From Felis catus (Eukaryota), in NCBI RefSeq assembly GCF_018350175.1, contig NC_058368.1:123196001-123260000 (forward strand): a DNA stretch of 64,000 nucleotides. Direction: 5' to 3'. Below the pieces are notes generated by a model. That model was given only the letters and a program-made list of their open reading frames with translations, made no database searches and was not told the DNA's origin. The position numbers were made by a program, and so were the translations under genes. Below are positions 41,301-53,300 of the stretch, in pieces; the stretch's first letter is position 1, and every line of letters begins with the position of its first letter.

Positions 41301-44300
41301 GAAGATCTGAAGCGGGCTCTGCTCTGACACTGGAGAGCCCAATGTGGGGCTCGAACCCACAAATCATGAGGTCATGACCTGACCCTAAGTCCGACACTCA
41401 ACCAGTGACTGAGCCACCCAGGTGCCCTAGAGATAATTCTTTTTAATTTACAAGTTAAGACCCTGGGCATCACACATTAAAAATATAGTAGGCCTTCACT
41501 TTAGAAGAGGACAGTAAGCTTCTAGAACACTCTCATAAGAAATTTTCATTTTGATAATGAGAAGCATAATTGTACCTGGAGCATCTGGGACAGGGAGACA
41601 GCTGTTGTAAAGTGTGCCAAAATCACGGACTTTCAGGAGCTGAGGAACACGGGACATGCCAGTTCACTCTGCAGTGTTTCACTTCCTCTTATATATAAAG
41701 GAAGAAATTACTACATAATAGACTTTCTGTGGGGATTCAAGGAGATAATATTTTTTAAACATTTATAAACTTTAAAGCAATATAACTATGTAATGAAAAT
41801 GAATATTGGAGAGTTCAGTTCTAATTTAATATGAAAAAGAAAAAAGAGAAATGAAACATCACACCACATGAGGGCCATACAAATATTTTACTAAGGAAAA
41901 CATGCAATGGCCTTCTAGGAGCATATATCATTCGGGTGACAGCATAGTAGCTGAATTTATGAAAGTTGATAACATTGCCACAAATGAATTATGACAATTC
42001 CAACAATTAGGACTCATTAGTAAATATATAGATAGATAGATATTAGATATTTTTTAGATACAAGAAAATGGTGTTAGATTTGCTAAGGTTTAGAATTAGA
42101 GAAATACTTAGTTTAAAAAACTCACTAATAACCCTATAAAAAAAATGATCTAGGCTTTTTTATTCTGCAGTGAGCGAGAAGCTAATGAAAGAAAAAAGAA
42201 CAATGAAGAAAACTCAAACACCAAGCCCTCAAATGACGCAAAGGTTATTTTTTCTTAATGTTTATTTATTTCTGAAAGATAGAGCACGAGCAGGGGAGGG
42301 ACAGAACAGAGAGAGGAGGACAGAGGATCCAAAGCAGGCTCCACACTGACAGCAGAGAGCCCGATGCTGGGCTGAGAACTCACAAACTGTGAGCTCACGT
42401 TGGACACTCAACCCACGGAACCACGTAGGCACCCCACAAAGATTATTTCTTAACAGATATGAAGATGACTATTTTGCCATCTATCCTCAGCATCTTACTT
42501 TCTCCAGTTTTTTGATAATAAAAATGCTAATGTTTTGCTTCAAAGAAAAGAGACTCTGCTAATATTTGCATTTTGGTTATAACAACATTTTTTTCTGTCC
42601 TTAAGGTTTAACATTTTTCTCAATTTTGTAGAGAATTCTCCTGCAGTGTGTGTCCACTATTGCTTTATTCTCTCCTCTTTGGGAGAAATAGGGATTGAAA
42701 AATAGAGTATAAAAATCTTTACAACCTCAACTGCATGCTTATCTCTGACACTAAATGTGAAATGAGGTTTCAGGTAGTTTGTTGACATTGATTTTTACAA
42801 TTCAGGTAATATAAACTAATTTCAAAGCTTCCTCTTCAGCTTCTCTCCTTGATCTCTTTTTTCTGTTTCCTCCAGATGGCTTTCTGAGCATCAATGACTC
42901 AATAGTGTGTATGTGTGATGCTGCCTTTTCTATTTACTTTTCAATGCAAAGAAGACATGTTCAGTCCTTTGCAATAATAATCACATTTGTAGCATTAGAT
43001 TCCTGTGATATTGTCCTTGGGTCAAGAGTACACCTCATGTGGAAAATGAGAGAAAGGAAGAAAGGAAGCAAGGAAGGAAAGGGTATGGAGACAGGGATAT
43101 CTGTCAAGAATTACCCCCCTGCATTTTTGGGACCAGTGCAGAGAGATTCAGAATGAAGTGGGGGATGGAAAGTTTAAAGTCTGGGTGCTCCTTGGCCTAC
43201 ATTGTCAGGGGAAGTGCACTGAGTCTGAACTCAGAGCTAAGAAAAGACTTTCTGAAATCAAGTTTGAGAAAGCCACCAAGCCAAGAAGGGGGAAAATCCT
43301 GTTCACTTGCCCTTTCTCATTTTCTAGGATGAGTGCAGTAACTTTCGGGAGTACGTGAGGAATGATGAGCTCATGTGCACGCGAGAGAATGACCCCGTGC
43401 GAGGTGCTGATGGAAAGTTATACAAAAACAAGTGCTACATGTGCAGAACTATCATGTGAGTAAGAGGATCCTGTTACCCTCTTCAGTGGGGCAATTGCAT
43501 TTTTATTTTTATTTTTATATTTTTCAATGCAAAAAGGAGTTTTTATTAAAGCATGGAGATAGGATATGTGGAAATTGCATTTTTAGGAGCTGCTGGTTAA
43601 ATAAATGTGTGCACACAAATCAATGGAATCCTTAAAATAAGTCTTTAGATTCAAGGCCCTTAAAAGTTGAGAACACCTGGTATAGGAGAAAGAACACTTG
43701 GACTTGGAGACAGGAAATCCAGGTGTAAATTCTAACTATGATATTTACTAACTGTGTCACTCAAAAGAAAAATTTTTTTCAACTCTCAGGATCATAGCTA
43801 CAAGAAATTGTTCCAAATCTTTGTTCCGTGACTAGATCAGACTCATCAGAGAAGTCTTTCTTTTTAAGAAATATAGATTTTTACACCCCAAAATATATTG
43901 TCAGAAAATTCAGAGCTAAGGAACTTGTTTTTTAGAAAGGGTTTCTAGGTTATTTTGACAAACAACCATATTTGGGGACAATGGACATGATAGAGATTAA
44001 TGAGCATGACTATGAAAAACACTGTGTGAACATGACAATAATAATCAGTATTTTTTTTTTAGCTCTTTGTAGTATGTTCCTGGAGATAAGAATCATCAAT
44101 ACTACCCTCTTTTTATGTTCTAGGAAAGCTAATCTCAAGGAATTGAAGCAACTTGTCCAAGGTTATATGTCGATTAAGTGATGAGCACTCTAAACCAGTT
44201 CGCCTTTGTGTACCTTTCTTTACATCATCCTCTGGTTGAATGTTCTATATCACATTTTATTCAGGGTTACTTAACATCCCCCTGGAAGTTATAGGAGGTA

Positions 44301-47300
44301 GTCTTTGTGGCTATACCTTTAAACTACTTTCTGTCTTCTTCTATAGTCAAAAAGAAGCTTTGGAAAGGGCAAGAATTCGAGAAAAGTCATCCCACATTAG
44401 ATCTTCTGCAGAGAAAAACAGCCCAGCTTCCTCCAGTTCTTCTCTGGTAAGAATGGCTGCTTCAGAAAAGCTACTCATTAACTTAAAGCACCTATGCTTG
44501 GGGCGTGTTGCCACTCGCTCTCCATGAACTTCATTTCTATGGAAAGGCCTTGGAAAGGCTAATCCAGTGTAACTCCAAATCCTTTGTCTGTACTTCATGC
44601 TCAGTGAGAGTTCTGGGATGACTGGGCATATTATTCTGTGCACTTTTAGATTATTAGTCCTGCTCCAAGCCAATTTAGTACGTTTTCAACATTTTAAAAC
44701 ATGAATGTGACTTATTGCTCATGTGGTCCAATAAATAATTTTAGCAGACCAGAAAGACTCCTCATCCAGCTTCCTTTTGCTCCCCATCCCCAAACCAGCC
44801 CTCCTCCCAATAGCCCAGAGAGGTGTGCTGAGCATGTTCAAACTTGTGAAATTCCACCAGTTAGCAATTCACAGTGGTTAAAACTTGCTTCTTCAAAATA
44901 CAAGTTGAAGGCCATCAGTAATGTATACCTTAGTGTAAATTAGCCTGAGAGAGAGAGTGCGAGTGGGAGAGGGGCTGAGAGAGAGGGAGACAGAGGATCT
45001 GAAGTGGACTCTGCTCTGGCAGCAGAGAGCCCAATGTCAGGCTCAAATTCATGAACCATGTGATCATGACCTGAGTCGAAGCTGGACGCTTAATGAACTG
45101 AGCCAACCAAGCGCTCCACTGTTTGCTTTTTTAGAGCTTTGTCAAGGTGGGGACTAGAAAGGAGGAAAGGGGGGTAAGAGAACATGAAGTATACTCATGA
45201 AGTAGAATATCAAATTGGCCCCTAAAAGTGAGACTTTAGCACCTAGTCCGATGACCAAGAAAAAAAGAAAGAAAAGTATCAAACATGAATTTTATCTTAT
45301 TATTTGCCCAATTTAAGTAGGATAATAGATGAGTTGCACTAGTGAAATACATAGTAATGACATATTTCTAGTAAATTAGACACTTCGCTAGGAATCCCAG
45401 AAGCATGAAGATAAACTATTCACAAATCTGTTCTTTTTTTCCCCAGCTTTATTGAGATATAATTGACATATAACATTGTGTGAATTTAAGAGGTACAGTG
45501 TGTTGATTTAGTACACTTCTTTGTTTCAAAATGATACCACCGTAGTGTTAGCAAACATTGCCATCATCTCACATAATTACCATTTTTGTGTGTGTTGAGA
45601 ACATTTAAGATTTTTCACTTACCAACTTTCAAGTATATAATACAGCATTATTAGCTATAATCACCATGCTGTATATCACACCCCCAGAATTTATTTATCT
45701 TATAGCTGAATATTTGTACCCTTTGGCCAGTATCTCCCATTTCCCCCAATCCTATTTCCCTGGTAACCATCATTCTGTACTCTGTTTCTGACTTTGAATT
45801 TTTGGTTTCCACATATAAGTGATATCATAGAGTATTTGTCTTTCTCTGCCTGACTCTAGCATTATGCCTTAAAGATTCATCTAAGTTGTCATAAATGGTA
45901 GGAATTCCTTCTTTCCAGTGGCGTGGGTGTGTGTGGATGTGTATGGGTGTGTATATAACACATATTCTTTTTTTAAAAATTTTTTTTAATGTTTATTTAT
46001 TCTTGAAAGAGACCGAGAATGAGGGAGGGAAGAGCAGAGAGAAACACACACACAGCATCTAAAGCGTGCTCCAGGCTCTGCACTGTCAGCACAGAGCCCA
46101 ATGCGGGGCTCAAACTCACAAACTGAAAGATCATGACATGAGCTGAAGTCGGACGCTTAACCACTGAGCCACCCAGGCATTCCTATAACACATATTCTTT
46201 ATCCACTCATCCACTGATGGGCATTTAGGTTGTTTCTGTATCTTGGCTACTGGGAATAATAAAATCTGTTCTTTTTTTTTTTTTTAAAACATTTTACTGA
46301 AGTATAATAGTCATATAGAAGAAGTATGCTTTTCATGAGTGTACAGCTACATGAAATATCACAAAGGGACCACACCTGTGATAATAGCACCTAGGTCAAG
46401 AAATGAGATATTGCCAGCAGACCAGAAGCCTCATCAAGGTTCTTCCTAATGTACAATCTCATTTTGAGCTGAGCTTTTCCTTGGAGATGAGAACCATATC
46501 CATTATTCATTTCATCATCCATCCATTCATTCGACAAATGTTTATTGAACACCCACATTTTCCAAGCATTATTTATGTGTATGAGAATGATAGCCATAAA
46601 CACAGCAGATGAAACTGTCTACACTCATGGAGTTTATATTTGAAGAACATAGGTAATCGATAACACGAATTAATAAAGTGTAAATCCAAGGGGATAATAA
46701 AATAAAATAACGATGTAGCAAATACTGGGATCGGAGTAAGGGGGGGATACAATTTTAAGTAGCCTGTACAGGAAAGCACTCTGAGGTGACATTTACACCA
46801 ATGCCTAATGGGATTGATTCCATACATGTAAGTGAGAAGACAGCATTCCAAGAAAAGAATAGCAAAGCTCCAAGGAAGGGGTTAAAGACAGCAAAGAATC
46901 CAGTGTAGCTGAAATAGAGTAACCTCAAAGAGAGCCATAGAAGAGGAGGTCATTAAAGTAACAGAAGGCCATATTATATAGGATTTTGTAGACCAGACTA
47001 AAGATACTGAGGGGCCCCTCAGTAAAGATACTGGGTGGCTCAGTTGGTTGGGCTTCAGACTTGGGCTCAGGTCATGATCTCATGGTCCATGAGTTCGAGC
47101 CCTGTGTCGGGCTCTGTGCTGACAGCTTGGAGCCTAAAGCCTGCTTCAAATTCTGTGTCTCCCTCTCTCTCTGCCCCTTCCCACTCATGCTCTTTCTGTG
47201 TCTCAAAAATAAATAAAACATTAAAAAATATTTAAAAAATAAAGACACTGACTATCATTCTGAACCAAGGTTTTATAAAGCGGAGTGATGTGATCTGATT

Positions 47301-50300
47301 TATTTTTTAAAAGAATAACTTTGCATAATATATTGAAAATAAACTACAGGGAGGCAAGAGCAAAATCTGGACAGCTGGTTAGTCATAGCAGTGATCAATG
47401 GAAGAGATGATGGTAGTTTATACCACTGCAGTGGTGGTAGAAGTCATGAGAGGTGGTTGGATCCTGGGTCTGCTCTGAAGGTAGAATCAACCATACTTGG
47501 TTCAGAGTTGTTGTAGTACATAAGAAAAAAGAGAAGCAGGGATGCCTGGGTTGCTCAGTCAGTTAAGCATCCGACTTTGGCTCAGGTCACGATCTCGTGG
47601 TTTGTGAGTTCAAGCCCCATGTCGGGCTCTGTGCTGACAGCTCAGAGCTTGGAGCCTCCTTTAGATTCTGTGTCTCCCTCTCTCTCTGCCCCTCGCCTGC
47701 TTGCATTCTGTCTCTCTCAAAAATAAATGAACATTAAAAAAAAATTTTTTTTAATGTATAAAAAGAAGAAAAAAGAGAAGCAGCCTGTCTTTGTTGTTTC
47801 TGTATAATGCTTTATCCTAGTAGTTTTGAACCTTGTAGCAGCAGATACATGAAAAAATACTAAGGATATATGTGGTTCAGTCCTGCCTTTGTCAGTGATT
47901 CATAGACGGTGCTTGTCTAAATTCTCCCTGATTATCTATTAATATGGAACTCATCATAATCTAAGGCAGTCCATTTGGATGTTTTAATTATTTATCTAAA
48001 CAACTATACTAGCAAACAAGTATTTCTGTATGAATGGCTACAGATATGATACTATTAAATTTTCTCTTTTCAGTCTGTTTCAAAGAGTGGTTTTCAAGGA
48101 ATTTATTAGTTTCATCTCAGTTGTCATGTTTATTGGCATATAGCTGTAACATATCCACATCATGCTTTAATATCTATATCTAGTGAAACCCCCTTTTTAT
48201 TTTTAATATTGCTAATGTATATTTCTTGATTTTTATTAATTTTGCAAATTGTTCATCAATTTATTAATCTTTTTAAACAACCAGTGGTTGGCTTTGTTCT
48301 GTTTTCTATTTCATTAATTTCTCTTCTGTATTATTGTTTTCTTCTATTTTCTTTGAGTTTAGTTTGTTTATTATTTGCTAGCTTCTCGACATGGAAGTTT
48401 GGGTCACTGATCTTAAAACTTTCTTCTTTGTCAATTATAAAATTGTTACAACTGTCCCCATATCACTGCTTTAGCTGCTGTGATTTGACATCTGGTAGTT
48501 TTGTCATCATTCAGTTCAAAACACTTCTACATTACTTTGAATCATGAGTTATTTAGAAGTGGGTTGGTTGATTTTTAAATAGTGTCTATGACCTATGTTA
48601 CAGTTCCTTTACTAATCTTTTATTCAGATGTGACTGAGGAAATCAAAAGGTTTTTCCAAGCCCATCCCTCTTGAGTGCCATTGACAAAATCTGATTTATG
48701 TTTTGCTTGCTCAGGATTCTGAGATGTGCAAACACTACCGAGTATTACCCAAGATGGGTTACCTTTGCCCAAAGAATTTACATCCTGTCTGTGGTGATGA
48801 TGGCCAGACATACAACAATCCCTGCATGCTCTGTCATGAAAACCTGTAAGTCTACAAGTTGCACTATTATATCTTCAAGGGTAGAGGTTCTTGACTGTGG
48901 TATTGACCCACAGTACTGCACTGATAGCAATTTGAGGTGTGTTGTACCAATTTACTAACCATAACAGTTAAAAATTCAAAATTTGTGGATGATCTTATTC
49001 ATATATAAAATAGAGAAGACTGGGGCGCCTGGGTGGCGCAGTCGGTTAAGCGTCCAACTTCAGCCAGGTCACGATCTCGCGGTCTGTGAGTTCGAGCCCC
49101 GCGTCAGGCTCTGGGCTGATGGCTCGGAGCCTGGAGCCTGTTTCCGATTCTGTGTCTCCCTCTCTCTCTGCCCCTCCCCCGTTCATGCTCTGTCTCTCTC
49201 TGTCTCAAAAATAAATAAATGTTAAAAAAATAATTAAAAAAAAAATAGAGAAGACTGAAGATTATCCTTTTGGCTAAATTGCTTACATACTTTACTGAGT
49301 AGAAGAGAAAGGAAAAGTGGTGGGGTTATAACAATTAGAGAAAGTCTCTATTAGCCCATGTATACTCAGGAAAATGTGAACATCGTCCACCCACTATATA
49401 AAAAGGAAAAAGTTGAGAATTATTGCTGTGTTGAGTCAGCCCAGCCTATAATCTCTACTGGGCCTGTTGACTACCTGATAGCCAGGTATTTCAGATCCTC
49501 TCCAGGTCTTCTTGGTGAAGAAGTGGTGTCATGCAAGAGAAAGCAACTGGGAACAAATGGCAGACTTGCTGTGGGCTCTCAGATTTGTGCATCTTGGGCA
49601 TATTATCATTCTGAGATTCAGTTTTTCCACTGGAGAAGTGCACACTGTTCTCTGAGCCAGCTGACTTCACTAGGTTGTTAAGAAAAATTGCCATTTTTAT
49701 TTGAAATTAAATATAAGGGATTTGTTTTAATACTGTCATCATTGGTTTTAGCTCTGTTGCTTTTCTGCTCAAATACTGTCTTACCCTCCCCTCCGTTCCC
49801 AGCCTCCATTGGGCCAGCTCGAAGTGAAAGCATGGTGACAAATCTTGACTTTTCCATCCTGCCTCACCCCACCTAGATTTACACTGTAGTCCATGTATGT
49901 TCTAGTCTTCTGAGGACACTATAAGCAAAGGTCAGAATGTGAGGATGGTACACTCTGCAGTTCATACACTTAGAATAACATCTGAAGACTGTTTTATGTG
50001 TTCTCACATCTGTAGGTAAAGCACTTGCACTTTAATCCTCTCACTGAATCCTCACTATATTGTACAGAGGATGACTCTGAGGCTCAGAGAGTCTAGGTAA
50101 TTTGTTTAAAGTCACAAAGCTAGGAAGTAGATCAAACAGGATTTTAACCTTGTTGGTTTAGATCTAAATACAGTTTTCTTTTCTTTCCACTACACTACTG
50201 CTGTATCCAAGGTGGTAGTTCTTTAAACATTTGGGGATCAAAAATTTCTTTGTCGATATGGAGAAAGTTACCTCTTTCCAGCAAAGAAAAAAAAATGAAG

Positions 50301-53300
50301 CAACATTAATAATTTGTGTGTTTAGGGGCGCCTGGGTGGCGCAGTCGGTTAAGCGTCCGACTTCAGCCAGGTCATGATCTCGCGGTCCGTGAGTTCGAGC
50401 CCCGCGTCAGGCTCTGGGCTGATGGCTCGGAGCCTGGAGCCTGTTTCCGATTCTGTGTCTCCCTCTCTCTCTGCCCCTCCCCCGTTCATGCTCTGTCTCT
50501 CTCTGTCCCAAAAATAAATAAAAAAACGTTGAAAAATTAAAAAAAAATAATAATTTGTGTGTTTATTATCTATGGGCACATAAATCTCTTGAAATCCATC
50601 CATGGATCTTACAGAGTTTTAAGAATTAAGAAATCTCCATTCAAGAAATGAATGCAACCATTCAGGAATTTGTTTTATATATGCCTTCTCTTCAGCCCAG
50701 AAAATTTTCAACTTCCCATTATTGTAAAGGTCAGAGCCTAAATTATCCACCCAGTGTTCTTTAGTCATTCCATTAACTGTATAAACCCATAACAAGTGAT
50801 ACTCTAGTCAAGGGAACATTGAGTCACACACTTCAATGGTAAAAATATTAATAAAGCATGCCTCAGGATGGATTTTTTACCTAAGGGAACTGGAAATATA
50901 TATTATGGAGAGAAGATCCAGGCTATCCAAGCAAGAGAGAATAGTACTGGTTTCTGTGTTCTCAGAGGAAGTTAGAGGGAAGCCATTTCGACTTGAGCAA
51001 TGTCCAAAGACAAGGCAAATTATCTTGATAGATAGTGAGTTTCTCATCACAGAGGCAAACGAGTAGATGTTTAATGTATGATATTTCTTAAGAGAGGCAT
51101 TAAAATTTCATACCTTTTAAGATTTTTTCCAGCAATAAAATTCAAACTGATTATGTATTGTTATATTTTATAAAATCTATATTCTATATTTAGTATATTT
51201 TACATATTTTATTATATATATGTATTATATTTTGTAATCCCACATTATCTAGTTTTCCCACCTGTAAAATAATGGCTTTGGACTAGATAGTTTCCAGGTT
51301 TATTTCCAACGTTGAACAATTTCATAAGTAGATAGGTGGATTGAAATGCGATGGAATGGATCTAGGACTGGGGAATGAATTTGGAGCTGAATCTGAAGAG
51401 AGGACTGAACCTGGGTGATCCCTACTGGATAATAGTTGAATTCAGATCCCAGGTCCTACCTTTAATTTCAGTTCTGGTGTGATGCCCAGATGTCACCCAC
51501 ATTGATCCTTGTTGTTTTCTCATTATAACTGTGAGTTTTTCCAGCCTTTAAATTTCCTCTGTTCTGTTTTAGAATACGCCAGACTAACACACACATACGC
51601 AGTGAAGGGAGGTGTGAAGAGAACAGCACCCCAGGAACAACACCTCTTGATGTGCCAGCATCTGTAAGTACACCATATTCATGATTACAGTGTCAGAGCC
51701 AATTGGTTCTGCTTCTGTGTCTTCCACTGGCTGATGGACGTTTCTCGGCTAGGGAAGTGACACTGGGTCACGTGACCCCAGAACTGGTCACGTCTTCCTT
51801 GTGAAGATAATTAAGTAATTACTGAAATATGCAGGGATAATAATATAATAGTTAATATTTTAAAATATTTACTGTTTACTGGGATCATTAAGAGATTGTT
51901 TATAAGCAATGTCCCGTCAGGGGACATTTGTCTAAGTATGAACTTAGACAAAGAGTCCATAGTATAAACTTAGAGGAACAGACCCTGGTAGAGTGCTTAT
52001 GTATTTTTAATAATATTAACGAATTATAGCTTAATAAATTTACATTTGATGTTAAAATATATATTTGTATTCAATAAAACAAAATATTTTAATCAATTAC
52101 ATTTACTAAAAAAATATTTCTTATTATTCACAACTGGTTTCATGCCACTCCACTGCCGTAAAAAGCTTTGGCAATAATGGAATTGGAAACCTCTCTGCCA
52201 GATTTGGGGCTCTGAAGCAACACTAGATGAGACCATGTTCAAAAGAACTACTCAGTGAGCCTTGACATGGCAAACTGGAAAAATAAGAGGCGTAAGCTAA
52301 GTGTTTTGGGTTTTACGTTAGCGGCTAGAAGGCCAGGTAGAGTGGGCAGAGTATAGCGGTGAAATCAGGAGACCTTCCTTTTTCCTCGTGTGTGCTTGAC
52401 GGTCATCTCTTTTCTCTGGATTCTACACATCCATAAAGAAAAGGTATAAACTTTTGCTCTACTCCTATTATTGTGTTTGCTGTCTTATTACATATAAATT
52501 CTTTTTTAACTATTACATTTAAATAATTAGTGGTTTGTTCCTTATTGACAGAATATACTATCCCCTCCCATCTCACAAACATACCCTGTTACATATAACT
52601 CAGGGCAGGGATGTAAAAATACTCTTTATGTGAATCCTAAAGACCACACCTCCGACCATATCATGCTGTTATCTCATGTAGACAAGTTGACAAAAAGTAC
52701 TTTATGAGGAATTTGCCATAGGAAATACTGATAAGATGTATTTATTCAAATAAGGAAGAATCTTGCCAGGGCTAAGCATTATAAAAGGTTTTGTAAGAGA
52801 GTGCCTTCCTTTCATTTTTGGGTGTGTTCTTTCCACTAGAATTATGTAACAGACATTATTAACAACAGGACTTATTTATGGTGTTAGATGATGGAATAAA
52901 TCATTAGAACAAAAGATGTCCCGAACATGGGTTCAGTTCCCTCTGTAGGATTCGTGGTGTGATCTTGGATACACCAAGGTGGTACAGGTGGGTGATGGCC
53001 CAGCATTGCTCTGATGACTATGATGATGCGTGTCCTGGAGGTCGAAACCTATTGCCTGAACTTTGTTCCTGTATAGAAAGATTCTATAAGACAGTCTGGA
53101 GTCTGAAGAATGAATTAAACGCCAGATCACAACTTTCCTGCAATAACAGACCAAGGATCCTAGAACGCATACTTACATTTAATATCTAAGAAGTATTTTC
53201 TATTGTACGATAACTACTATGATTTATGTAACTCAGAATTTTATGTGCTCTTCCCTTGTGTGCATCTTCACAGTAGGCCTGTGATTAGGACAGGGATTAT

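Noticed and set aside
1143..48845. Regularly repeated 128-nt units considered as an array or novel repeat system
   Set aside because: Fully explained by the known SPINK5 domain-exon architecture; no CRISPR or prokaryotic features are present.
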